From a virus (lineage: Duplodnaviria; Caudoviricetes): a stretch of DNA of 64,000 bases. Position numbers and translations under genes: made by a program. The notes beneath the pieces are model-generated. The model was not told the DNA's origin, made no database searches, and saw nothing but the letters and a program-made list of their open reading frames with translations. Each line of letters begins with the position of its first letter. The first letter of the stretch is position 1. Where the stretch lies: IMG/VR virus record IMGVR_UViG_3300025809_001850; one strand, 5' to 3'. Positions 37,518 to 48,436 of the stretch are shown in pieces.

Positions 37518-38853
37518 TTCCATGTGCAATCGCGGCATTTGCTACTCGTAGAAATCCACCTACATTTGCACCAAGAGTGTAATCACCCTCTGTTCCGTAT
37601 TTTCTTGCATTACGTAAACAAGATGCATGAATTTGTTTCATTATCTCTCTGAGTTTATTATCTACTTGTGCCATACTCCACTTTTCCCATCCTGCGTTCT
37701 GACGCATCTCAAGTGCTGATACTGCTACTCCACCTGCGTTTACTGCTTTACTTGGAGCAACTACCACCAATTTGTCGTTAAAGAGTTTTATTGCGTCTTC
37801 TGTGCAAGGCATATTAGCTGCTTCTGCTATAAACTTACAATCGTTATCAATAAGCATTTCCGCATCTTTTTCTGTGATTTCGTTTTGGATGGCACTTGGA
37901 ATTGCTATATCACACCGAACTTCCCAAGGTTTTTTACCTTTAATAAAATCTACTCCGAATTTATCTGCGAAAGGTTTTACGATATCGGCATTACTTTCAC
38001 GCAAAGTTTCCATATAAGGAATCATACTTTTCTTGATTCCATTTTTCATATGTATATATCCATCTGGTCCTGATATAGTAACCACTTTAGCACCCAGTTC
38101 TACTGCTTTTTGTACAACACCAAATGATACTTGACCAAATCCACTTACAGTAATCACCTTTCCCTTGATGTCTGTATGATGATTTTTAAGCATTTCTTCT
38201 GTGAAATATATTGTTCCATAACCAGTTGCTTCTTTTCTTCCGTGAATTCCACCCCAAGCAGGTGCTTTACCTGTAATAAGACCTGGTTCATATTTGCTAT
38301 ATAGTGCCTTATACTGACCGAACAAATACCCTATCTCTTTGTACCCAACCCCAATGTCACCTGCAGGTACATCCGTCTTGTGACCAAGGTGGTCGTGGAG
38401 TTTAGTCATAAACGACTGACAAAACCTCATAATCTCTAAATCGGTTTTTCCGTTTGGATCAAAGTCACTTCCTCCTTTTGCTCCTCCAATCTGAAGACCG
38501 GTTAAACTATTTTTGAAAGTTTGTTCAAATCCAAGAAACTTCATTGTTCCCAAATTAACACTTGGATGAAACCGCAATCCACCTTTATATGGTCCCAATA
38601 CACTATTAAATTGAACACGATATCCACGATTAACATGAACATTTCCAATTTCATCAATCCAAGGTACACTGAATATAATTTGCTTTTCTGGTTCTGCCAA
38701 ACGTTCAAGTAAATTTACTTTCTTGAATTCAGAATGTTTGTCTATAACAGAATGAAGACTTGAATATACTTCGTTTACTGCTTGAATGAATGTTGGTTCA
38801 GAGTGGTTTTTTGCTTCAACCTTTTTTATTACATCATCTACATATTTGCTCAT
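37510..38853 (-). CDS. gdh: glutamate dehydrogenase, NAD-type signature
   Basis: [30 protein letters not shown]; GFGQV and ISGPDG, like Clostridium symbiosum NAD-GDH; ATG at 38853. Confidence 0.92.
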   Translation of the reverse strand: MSKYVDDVIKKVEAKNHSEPTFIQAVNEVYSSLHSVIDKHSEFKKVNLLERLAEPEKQIIFSVPWIDEIGNVHVNRGYRVQFNSVLGPYKGGLRFHPSVNLGTMKFLGFEQTFKNSLTGLQIGGAKGGSDFDPNGKTDLEIMRFCQSFMTKLHDHLGHKTDVPAGDIGVGYKEIGYLFGQYKALYSKYEPGLITGKAPAWGGIHGRKEATGYGTIYFTEEMLKNHHTDIKGKVITVSGFGQVSFGVVQKAVELGAKVVTISGPDGYIHMKNGIKKSMIPYMETLRESNADIVKPFADKFGVDFIKGKKPWEVRCDIAIPSAIQNEITEKDAEMLIDNDCKFIAEAANMPCTEDAIKLFNDKLVVVAPSKAVNAGGVAVSALEMRQNAGWEKWSMAQVDNKLREIMKQIHASCLRNARKYGTEGDYTLGANVGGFLRVANAAIAHGII

Positions 38854-38872
38854 AAAAATATATATGGATTTG

Positions 38873-40252
<1,380 letters not shown>

Positions 40253-40266
40253 TCACAAAATACCTC

Positions 40267-40295
40267 TTGACTTATTATATAAAATCAACTACTAT
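40267..40295 (+). promoter_or_regulatory. sigma70-type promoter
   Basis: TTGACT-17 nt-TACTAT. Confidence 0.6.
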
Positions 40296-40306
40296 AATAG
40301 GTAACA

Positions 40307-40591
40307 ATGAAATATTATATTAAAGATACAACACTCGTAGATTCTCCTGTTAAATTATTTGAATCTACTCAACACACCGTAGAATACCTAAAGACGGCCG
40401 TTAGCAGAAAAACAGGCATGAGTTATGAACAATATCTGACACACCTTGCAGATTTAGGACACTTTGGATACGATGAACGTGAAGTGTACGAAAGTATGCG
40501 TGATCATTTTGATATGGGTGTAATGCGAGGAAACAAATTCGTTCGTTGTAGTATATTTGAAGCAACCCACAATGCCGAAGGCAGTGATTAA
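40307..40591 (+). CDS. hypothetical protein
   Basis: 94 aa ORF. Confidence 0.65.
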   Translation: MKYYIKDTTLVDSPVKLFESTQHTVEYLKTAVSRKTGMSYEQYLTHLADLGHFGYDEREVYESMRDHFDMGVMRGNKFVRCSIFEATHNAEGSD

Positions 40592-40593
40592 TT

Positions 40594-41535
40594 ATGACAG
40601 AAACAATAACAGCTGGAGAAAAAAAACAAGTTAAAGAAAAGAAGTTCAACCGGTATGTGAGTTTTTCTCAATACTCAATGTACTATAAATGTCCACGTAG
40701 TTGGAAGCTTGCATACATAGACAACCTTCGTAAAAAAGAAAGTAACATACACTTGGTGTTTGGTACTTCTATACACGAAGTCATTCAAGATTATCTTGAA
40801 ATGATGTATAATCAACCACACCTTGATGTCGATTCTATTGACTGGAAAGCAAAGTTGTTGCAAACTATGAATACCATTGCTGATGAAGAACGTAATCTCA
40901 TTGATGGTAAACGATGCATGACCGATGACGAGTTTAACGAGTTCGTTGAAGATGGAAATCAATTACTTGATTACTTTCTCGATGACGAAGTTAGACGAAA
41001 ATACTTTTCAAAGACCCGTCACACATTGACAGGAATTGAAACTTCTATTGATTTGGAAGTAAGAAAAAATGTAGGATACATTGGATTTCTTGACGTTGTT
41101 TTGTTTGATAAGATCAATCAAAAGTATAAGATAATCGACTTGAAGACTTCAACCCGAGGTTGGAACAAATGGCAAAAAGCAGATGAAAGTAAAACACATC
41201 AGTTGTTGTTATATAAGGTTTTCTATGCAAAAGAATTTGGTGTACCACTTGATAAAATTGATGTGGAGTTTATTATTCTAAAACGCAAGCACGATCCAGA
41301 TGATCCGTGGAGTGGTGATCGGGTTCAACGATTTGTTCCTCCTCATGGAAATATGTCGTCAAAACAAGCTTGGTCAAGTTTTAATAACTTTCTAAATGAA
41401 TCATTCACCAAAAGTGGTGAATATGATATGGAAAATCCGTTTCCCAAAACACCCGGTAAAGCAAAAAAGAATTGTCGTTGGTGTGAGTTTTCAAAGAAGT
41501 CTGGTGGTCCATGTGATGGAAAAGAAGGTGCATAA
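40594..41535 (+). CDS. PD-(D/E)XK RecB/Cas4-like nuclease
   Basis: SFSQ...KCP, FGTSIHE, GFLD, IIDLKTS, QLLLY, C-terminal CRWC...PC (Fe-S staple). Confidence 0.85.
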   Translation: MTETITAGEKKQVKEKKFNRYVSFSQYSMYYKCPRSWKLAYIDNLRKKESNIHLVFGTSIHEVIQDYLEMMYNQPHLDVDSIDWKAKLLQTMNTIADEERNLIDGKRCMTDDEFNEFVEDGNQLLDYFLDDEVRRKYFSKTRHTLTGIETSIDLEVRKNVGYIGFLDVVLFDKINQKYKIIDLKTSTRGWNKWQKADESKTHQLLLYKVFYAKEFGVPLDKIDVEFIILKRKHDPDDPWSGDRVQRFVPPHGNMSSKQAWSSFNNFLNESFTKSGEYDMENPFPKTPGKAKKNCRWCEFSKKSGGPCDGKEGA

Positions 41536-41562
41536 AAGTAAATTTAACTTATATTTATATAC

Positions 41563-41607
41563 AGATAATGCTCAATTGAGATTATCTAGAATGCTCAATC
41601 GAGATTC
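41563..41607 (+). promoter_or_regulatory. tandem bulged hairpins in the dnaK leader
   Basis: AGATAAT-G-CTC-AATT-GAG-ATTATCT and GAAT-G-CTC-AATC-GAG-ATTC. Confidence 0.55.
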
Positions 41608-41640
41608 AAACTAACTAACAAAATAAAAAAGGAATAGAAA

Positions 41641-43572
41641 ATGGCTAAAGTAATTGGCATTGATTTAGGTACATCGAACAGTTGTGTTGCGGTGGTAGAA
41701 GCAGGAGAACCAAAAGTGATAACCAACTCAGAGGGATCAAGAACTACCCCAAGTATAGTTGGATTTGCAAAAGACGGACAGCGACTTGTAGGTCAGGCCG
41801 CAAAACGTCAAGCAATCACTAATCCAGAAAATACAATTTTTTCTGCGAAACGTCTTATAGGACGAAAATATAAAGAGATAAAGAAAGAAGTTAAAAATCT
41901 TCCTTATTCTGTTGTATCTGGTAAAAACGGAGATGCATACATCAAATGTAAAGATGGTGACGAAGAAAAGGAATATGCACCTGAGTTTATTGCAAGCATT
42001 GTGCTTGGTAAATTAAAAGCAGATGCAGAAGCATATCTTGGAGAAGAAGTAAAACAAGCAGTTATTACCGTACCTGCATACTTCAATGATTCTCAACGAC
42101 AAGCAACAAAAGATGCGGGTGAAATCGCAGGACTAGAAGTATTGCGTATCGTTAACGAACCAACCGCTGCATCTCTTGCATATGGATTAGAAAAGAAAAA
42201 TGAAGAAACTATTGCAGTTTACGACCTTGGTGGTGGAACATATGATGTATCTATTCTTGAAATAGGTGACGGAGTATTTGAAGTAAAGTCTACTAACGGT
42301 GATACACAATTGGGTGGTGACAATTGGGATGATACTCTGATTGACTATCTTGTATCTGAGTTTAAGAAAGAGTCGGGAATTGATTTACAGGAAGATGGAC
42401 AAGCAATGCAACGTCTTAAAGAAGAAGCAGAAAAAGCAAAAGTTGCGTTATCATCAAGTGCGTCCACCACAATAAATCTTCCGTTTATTACGGCAGATGC
42501 AAGTGGACCAAAACACTTAAACATTGATGTTACTCGTAGCAAGTTTGAACAAATTTGTGATTCTTTATATCAACGAACAAAAGAACCTTTTGAAAAGTGC
42601 CTTGATGACGCAGGTATCACCATGAGTGATGTTAAAAACCTCATTCTTGTTGGTGGAATGACTCGTAGTCCCAAGGTTGTAGAAATTGCAAAAGAACTTG
42701 CAGGTGGTAACGATCCACACCAAGGAGTTAATCCAGATGAAGTAGTTGCACTGGGTGCAGCCATTCAAGGTGCGATTCTTGCAGGAGACGAGGGTGTAAG
42801 TGATGTTTTGTTGCTAGATGTAACTCCACTATCACTTGGAATCGAAACTGCTGGTGGTGTATCTACACCAATGATTGAACGCAACACCACAATTCCAACC
42901 AAGAAGTCCCAAATCTTTACAACCGCAGGTGACAATCAACCAGCAGTTGATATTGTGATTCTTCAAGGAGAACGAGCAATGTCTGCCGACAATAAGAATC
43001 TTGGTACATTCAAATTAGATGGAATTCAACCTGCACCAAGAGGAACTCCTCAAATTGAAGTTACCTTTGATATTGATGCAAATGGTATTCTTAATGTAAG
43101 TGCAACTGATAAAGGAACTGGTAAAGATCAAAAAATTACTATTAGTGATTCAAGTGGACTTGACAAAGACGAAGTTGAAAAAATGAAGGCAGATGCTGAA
43201 AAGTATGCTGATGAAGATAAAAAGAAGAAAGAAGGAATAGAACTTCGCAATCAAGTAGATTCAACTGTGTATCAGGTAGAAAAAATGTTGGAAGAAAACA
43301 AAGAAAAGGTTCCCGAAGCAGAAGCAACAGAAACAAATGAACTTCTTGAGGATGTTAAAAAGCAACTTGAAGATGCTTCTATTGATGTTGCTAAATTGCA
43401 AGAGTTGAATAAAACACTAATGGATCAAATTCAAAAGTTGACTCCACATATGCAAGCAGAACAAGAAGATGTTACACCTGATAACGAAGACTCACCTACA
43501 AAAAACAAAGAAGATGTAGTTGACGCAGACTTTGAGGTGGTTGATGAGGAGGCAAAGGAATCTTCTAAGTAA
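41641..43572 (+). CDS. dnaK: chaperone DnaK (Hsp70)
   Basis: [66 protein letters not shown]. Confidence 0.98.
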   Translation: MAKVIGIDLGTSNSCVAVVEAGEPKVITNSEGSRTTPSIVGFAKDGQRLVGQAAKRQAITNPENTIFSAKRLIGRKYKEIKKEVKNLPYSVVSGKNGDAYIKCKDGDEEKEYAPEFIASIVLGKLKADAEAYLGEEVKQAVITVPAYFNDSQRQATKDAGEIAGLEVLRIVNEPTAASLAYGLEKKNEETIAVYDLGGGTYDVSILEIGDGVFEVKSTNGDTQLGGDNWDDTLIDYLVSEFKKESGIDLQEDGQAMQRLKEEAEKAKVALSSSASTTINLPFITADASGPKHLNIDVTRSKFEQICDSLYQRTKEPFEKCLDDAGITMSDVKNLILVGGMTRSPKVVEIAKELAGGNDPHQGVNPDEVVALGAAIQGAILAGDEGVSDVLLLDVTPLSLGIETAGGVSTPMIERNTTIPTKKSQIFTTAGDNQPAVDIVILQGERAMSADNKNLGTFKLDGIQPAPRGTPQIEVTFDIDANGILNVSATDKGTGKDQKITISDSSGLDKDEVEKMKADAEKYADEDKKKKEGIELRNQVDSTVYQVEKMLEENKEKVPEAEATETNELLEDVKKQLEDASIDVAKLQELNKTLMDQIQKLTPHMQAEQEDVTPDNEDSPTKNKEDVVDADFEVVDEEAKESSK

Positions 43573-43602
43573 TATATACATATATATCATATATATTTTA
43601 AT

Positions 43603-43633
43603 AAAAGGTGGAAGGAAACTTCCACCTTTTTTT
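43603..43633 (+). terminator. intrinsic terminator after dnaK
   Basis: 12-bp stem AAAAGGTGGAAG/CTTCCACCTTTT, GAAA loop, T run. Confidence 0.9.
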
Positions 43634-43664
43634 GTTTTTATAATAATTTGTTATATTTATTTAC

Positions 43665-43850
43665 ATGGGAAATGAAGTTGTTGTAACACGAATTAAGAAA
43701 CGAGCTTACGAACTACGTCACAGAAGACGGGAAGGATTTGATGACAAGCATTTAGATTCAAAGTGTATTATACACGAAATAAAGTTTTTATTTCTGATGC
43801 TAAGTGAAACTGAGAAAAGTGATATATTAAATCAACCATGGCTAGATTAA
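43665..43850 (+). CDS. small hypothetical protein
   Basis: 61 aa; ATATTTAT 4 nt upstream. Confidence 0.55.
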   Translation: MGNEVVVTRIKKRAYELRHRRREGFDDKHLDSKCIIHEIKFLFLMLSETEKSDILNQPWLD

Positions 43851-44536
43851 TAAATTACATATTTGATGTAGACGGAACTCTTACTCCAAGTAGATTAAAA
43901 ATGGATAACGAGTTTGAAATTTTTTTTAGGAAATGGATTTCTGATAAAAATGTATATCTATTAACTGGATCTGATCACGATAAAACTATTGAACAAGTTG
44001 GCGTTGATGTATGGAGAGAAGTTACTGAATCTCATCAATGTGGTGGAAATGTAGTTTATAAACGTGGGGATTTGATTGAAGTGAGTAAATGGGAACCGTC
44101 TAAAAAGTTACTTGATAGATGCCAAGAACTTATAGATGATTCTTCGTATGAAATTCGCACACAGAACCACTTAGAGGTACGGGTTGGTCTTTTGAACATA
44201 AGTGTGGTGGGAAGGGATTGTACCCAGGAACAACGAGAAGCATATTATGAGTGGGATAAAGTAAACAAAGACAGAGAACACATTTGTAATGTATTAAATA
44301 AAGAATTTCCAAACCTAGAGTCAAGTGCAGGTGGTCAAATTAGCATTGATATTCATCAACGAGGAAGAAACAAATCTCAAATCCGTGGGAAAATAAAAGG
44401 AGATATTTGGTTTTTTGGTGATAAAACAATGGAAGGTGGAAACGATTATCCAATTGCAAATATACTTGAAGAACCTGATAAAGTTTTCCAAGTAGACGAT
44501 TGGGAACATACATATAAGTTGTTAAAAGAGATTTAA
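43838..44536 (+). CDS. eukaryote-type phosphomannomutase (HAD IIB)
   Basis: FDVDGTLT, LTGSD, LLNISVVGR, GGQISIDI, FFGDKT.EGGNDY. Confidence 0.8.
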   Translation: MARLINYIFDVDGTLTPSRLKMDNEFEIFFRKWISDKNVYLLTGSDHDKTIEQVGVDVWREVTESHQCGGNVVYKRGDLIEVSKWEPSKKLLDRCQELIDDSSYEIRTQNHLEVRVGLLNISVVGRDCTQEQREAYYEWDKVNKDREHICNVLNKEFPNLESSAGGQISIDIHQRGRNKSQIRGKIKGDIWFFGDKTMEGGNDYPIANILEEPDKVFQVDDWEHTYKLLKEI

Positions 44537-44538
44537 TT

Positions 44539-44970
44539 ATGATAAAGGCAGTTTTGATAGACCTTGATCGTACTTTTTGGAACTTTGATAGTTGGTCCGG
44601 TAACGAAAAAACATTACAACAACTGCAACTTGGGTTATATCCAGAATCACTTGAATGTATTGACTTACTGAAAAAGAAAGGGTACTTAGTGGGATTTGCA
44701 AGTGCAAGTTATAAAAAAGAATTGTGTGAAAAATATATTCATATGTTATTTCCACCAAAGTATCTTGACTTTGTGTACATAGAGGCAACATATCCGTCAA
44801 AGAAAAATCACTTTAATTATGTATCAACCAAGTTTAATGTTGAGTTTGGTGATATGATATTAATTGATGATCTAAAAGCAATACTCAACGATGCGGTAAA
44901 AAGTGGTCTTAATATTGTTGATGTTTCAACAACAGGACTTTCAAAAGAAAAAATTAAACACTTACTATAA
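44539..44970 (+). CDS. Mg-dependent phosphatase-1-like HAD hydrolase
   Basis: LIDLDRTFW (DxDxT), ASAS, MILIDD. Confidence 0.7.
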   Translation: MIKAVLIDLDRTFWNFDSWSGNEKTLQQLQLGLYPESLECIDLLKKKGYLVGFASASYKKELCEKYIHMLFPPKYLDFVYIEATYPSKKNHFNYVSTKFNVEFGDMILIDDLKAILNDAVKSGLNIVDVSTTGLSKEKIKHLL

Positions 44971-45413
44971 TGGAAAAAATAACAAAAGGATTCACCTGTG
45001 GGGCAATGGACGTATTTCATGCGGGTCACGTGCTTATGATGGAAGACTGTAAACGACATTGCGATTATTTGATCGTAGGATTGCACACCAATCCACAATT
45101 AGATAGAGCAGACAAAAACAAACCAATTCAATCAGTTGTAGAACGATACATACAACTTCGTGGAAGTAAGTTCGTTGATGAAATTATTCCATACGAAACT
45201 GAATCAGATTTAATTGAAATTCTTAAAGGTATAAATTATGATGTTAGGTTTGTCGGTGACGATTGGAAAGATAAACCCTTTACAGGACATGATTTACCAG
45301 GACATTTGAATAAAGTGTTGTACAACTCTAGGCAACATGATTATAGCAGTTCTGCGTTGAGGCATAGAGTCACACAGGGTGAGACAAAAGAAAAGAAATC
45401 TAAACGTAAATAA
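44970..45413 (+). CDS. cytidylyltransferase-like nucleotidyltransferase (TagD-like)
   Basis: G.MDVFHAGH (HxGH), LIVGL, ER..QL.....VDEIIPY, VGDDW, YSSS.LR. Confidence 0.8.
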   Translation: MEKITKGFTCGAMDVFHAGHVLMMEDCKRHCDYLIVGLHTNPQLDRADKNKPIQSVVERYIQLRGSKFVDEIIPYETESDLIEILKGINYDVRFVGDDWKDKPFTGHDLPGHLNKVLYNSRQHDYSSSALRHRVTQGETKEKKSKRK

Positions 45414-45470
45414 AATATATATTATATTTATATTCAAATAAAGGTTATATTCACTTAATGCTGATGTGAT

Positions 45471-45938
45471 ATGAACTTTATTTACTTTATATGTCCCGAA
45501 ACTCCACAACTTGCAAAATATTGCGAGGGGTTTTTTAATTATTTAACGTACGGATACAAAACATGGAGTCGTGATAGGTATATACAAACATCTCCTAAAG
45601 AAAAACAAGGCCAATCTAGATTGCCGATGCGGAAACACGTTCCTCAAATCGAAGAAATGAAAGCAGGAGATCCGGTTCTTGATAGAATTTATCAAAAGGT
45701 AATTACAAGTGATTGCTATGAACATTCTTATAGCAGACTTACTGATCTGGATATATATAAAAGTGAATTGATGGTGTTTATTACATCAAAGGACAAACCC
45801 GAACGACCTCCTGCTTATTTATATACCAAAACCAACTCAGTTGTTGTGTGGAAAGTGTCTAATATAAATAAACTAAGTAACAATAAATATCATCTTCTTG
45901 AATCACAAATTAGAAGATTGGCCAAACCCAAAGACTAA
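45471..45938 (+). CDS. hypothetical protein
   Basis: 155 aa ORF. Confidence 0.6.
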   Translation: MNFIYFICPETPQLAKYCEGFFNYLTYGYKTWSRDRYIQTSPKEKQGQSRLPMRKHVPQIEEMKAGDPVLDRIYQKVITSDCYEHSYSRLTDLDIYKSELMVFITSKDKPERPPAYLYTKTNSVVVWKVSNINKLSNNKYHLLESQIRRLAKPKD

Positions 45939-45942
45939 TATA

Positions 45943-48372
45943 TCAATCGTAGAGATTTTCTACAATTTCACCAAAATTTCTCATAATAATACCAGCACAC
46001 GCATTTGCTTCGTTTTCTATATCACTTCCTGTTTGACCACTATCCACTTCAAGAACTCCAAGTTCATTTTGTTTTTGATGAACTAGTTCATGTGCTAAAC
46101 TTCTGCATACATCTGGAAATGCTCTGCCTTTTGTATATATAGAAATCTCGTTTGTATTAGGATCGTAACAAGCAGCTGTCATGTTCTCGTGCCTCTGTGT
46201 TAAAAGTTTCACAGATACCTTTTCTTTTAATTGCAAAGCTTTTCTTGCAAACTTGATAAACTCATGAACATTATCTTTGTTCATTGCGACTTCGTTTAAT
46301 GATTCTTTTGTATATTTCATATTCATTTCGTTTATATTTGCTCCACCTGTTCTGACAATTTCACGAAAGAACCAACGAGTCCACTCTCCGAGTTTGCCTG
46401 GTCCTTTTACTATATATAGTTTAAATGCTTCTGCAAATGCTTCTTCTGCATTTGTATTTCCGTAACTTGTAATGTGTTCAATTGGAATTTCTTTACCAGG
46501 ACCAACCCATCTATCTGCTAATTTTGTTACAACTTCTTTTCTGTCTTCGGCTGAATAAACTCCTGTCATTTGCAATGCTTTGAACTTAGCTTTGGTCTCG
46601 GCGTTGTCTTCTTTTTTGTCAATGACTCTCAATCCTGCTTTTCTTTTGTGAAGTTTTTCTCCATATTGATTGAAATACTTTTCTACATAATCTTCTACAT
46701 CTTTACGTTCAATAGATACTTTCTTGCTTTTGATTGTATCTTGCCAATGCTTCTTTGCATTAGATGGAACATTACGATACCAAAAACGATGACCAAGTTC
46801 GTGAGTGAATGTATCTTGGGTCATTCCACACCCGTACAACTTGAGCATATCTTTGTTCATATAATACTCACCATTAACCATATCGTTGCTATTATCTGAT
46901 GTTAGACCGAAGTCTAAATCAACGGTTAATCCTTCTATGCACTTTCCGAATCCTGCTTTTTGAATTTTCTTTGACCAATGCTTGATTCCATTTACCAACT
47001 CCTTGAAACTTTTTTCACGACTTGCTTCACCTTGTTCTGTTCCACCTTTTCGTTTGAAGTTATGAATAACCAATTTAACGGGTCCTATTTGTGCTTGTTC
47101 AATTGGTTTCTCTCGTTCTTGATCACCTTCTATTGCGATGTATTGAAGAAGTGCTTTGATTCCCTCACGAAATTGTGATCTGTATCTTCTGATATTGGTT
47201 TCTCGTTCTTTAGCAAGTCTTTGTGGACTTACACGATGCTTTTTATCTATAAAGTCCCACATCTCTGGAAAGTTTCCACCAAGACCTGTAACTGCTCCCC
47301 AACATTTTTCACGAACTTCTTTTTCTTCCCAGGTTTCCATCTTCTTACCACTCGCACCTGTATGTTTATACTGCAAAAAGAATTTGTAAACCCATTGTTC
47401 AAAGTTTTCTTGGAATGTACCAAATGCTCTTCTTACTTTCTTAAAGTCTTTGATTGTTTGTGGGTCTTGACTATTATCACCAATTGATTTATATGCCTTT
47501 GTAAGAACTCTTAAATCCTTTGCCCACTTTTTTACAGAGCTGCTATCAACCTTCACTTTGCTTTCTGAAATGACTTCCGACAACTTTCCTTTTTGTATAT
47601 ACATATATAAACCTGCTAATCGTTTCTTAAACTTCTTGAGATATTTGCTATTGATGTATGTAAGAAAGTCTTTATCAAAGAACTCTACATCAATTGCCCA
47701 ATCTTGAAATGCTTTGTAACTTTCTAATTTTTTCTTTTTAAAGTCAGCAAGAAATTCTGGACGATGTGCGAATCTGTCGGATAGATTTTTCCATACACGA
47801 ATTATTTGAGATTGTCCTGCTTGGTAATATGCATTAAATTCTTCTGGTGTGTTGTAGTATCCTTCTATATCTTGTGTATCTAAGTACTTGGCACTTGTTT
47901 TTCCTAAACCACGACTACGATACCTTAAATGATCAAGAAAGTGTATGTATTCGTGAATGAATGTATCTTTATCAAGACGAGTATCCATATACTTGCCATT
48001 GTAATCACCAAGTAGATTAGCATTTACAATTACACCTTTAAATGATATTCCACCCACTTTCAAACTTTTGTTTGTAAAACCACCTGCGATTGTTACTCCA
48101 CCACGTGATGTACTTTTTGTTGGAATGAAAAATAATACTACCTCACTTAAAGAAGGAAAGTTTTTGTCTATGTCTGTTCCTCTAAGAGCAACACCTTTCC
48201 ATTGTGTAAGTGGTATAAATGGTTTGTTGACTATACTATTCTCACCCTCACCTTCAATTTTATCTTTATGTTTAGTTAAAAATCGCACCACTTTATCATA
48301 TGCTTTCTCGGCAATACCTGTGTAATACATATCTTGCTCTACATTTGCTTCTTTAATATGGGTGCTATTCAT
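45943..48372 (-). CDS. multi-domain protein with three zincin (HExxH) metallopeptidase-like modules
   Basis: HEYIH, HELGH, HELVH, each with a downstream Glu motif (EEFNAY, EAFAEAF, ENEANA); ATATTTAT 5 nt before ATG. Confidence 0.7.
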   Translation of the reverse strand: MNSTHIKEANVEQDMYYTGIAEKAYDKVVRFLTKHKDKIEGEGENSIVNKPFIPLTQWKGVALRGTDIDKNFPSLSEVVLFFIPTKSTSRGGVTIAGGFTNKSLKVGGISFKGVIVNANLLGDYNGKYMDTRLDKDTFIHEYIHFLDHLRYRSRGLGKTSAKYLDTQDIEGYYNTPEEFNAYYQAGQSQIIRVWKNLSDRFAHRPEFLADFKKKKLESYKAFQDWAIDVEFFDKDFLTYINSKYLKKFKKRLAGLYMYIQKGKLSEVISESKVKVDSSSVKKWAKDLRVLTKAYKSIGDNSQDPQTIKDFKKVRRAFGTFQENFEQWVYKFFLQYKHTGASGKKMETWEEKEVREKCWGAVTGLGGNFPEMWDFIDKKHRVSPQRLAKERETNIRRYRSQFREGIKALLQYIAIEGDQEREKPIEQAQIGPVKLVIHNFKRKGGTEQGEASREKSFKELVNGIKHWSKKIQKAGFGKCIEGLTVDLDFGLTSDNSNDMVNGEYYMNKDMLKLYGCGMTQDTFTHELGHRFWYRNVPSNAKKHWQDTIKSKKVSIERKDVEDYVEKYFNQYGEKLHKRKAGLRVIDKKEDNAETKAKFKALQMTGVYSAEDRKEVVTKLADRWVGPGKEIPIEHITSYGNTNAEEAFAEAFKLYIVKGPGKLGEWTRWFFREIVRTGGANINEMNMKYTKESLNEVAMNKDNVHEFIKFARKALQLKEKVSVKLLTQRHENMTAACYDPNTNEISIYTKGRAFPDVCRSLAHELVHQKQNELGVLEVDSGQTGSDIENEANACAGIIMRNFGEIVENLYD

Positions 48373-48401
48373 CAAGTATAAATATATACAATGTTATTAA
48401 A

Positions 48402-48430
48402 TTGACTATTTTAGTCATATCTGACATACT
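48402..48430 (+). promoter_or_regulatory. sigma70-type promoter
   Basis: TTGACT-17 nt-CATACT, 6 nt before ATG 48437. Confidence 0.55.
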
Positions 48431-48436
48431 AACATA

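Noticed and set aside
40594-41535. CRISPR-Cas locus suggested by the Cas4-like gene
   Set aside because: No cas1/cas2 and no regularly spaced repeat-spacer array anywhere in the window.
41551-41640. CIRCE (HrcA) heat-shock operator before dnaK
   Set aside because: TTAGCACTC-N9-GAGTGCTAA is absent; the dyads present have a different sequence and geometry.
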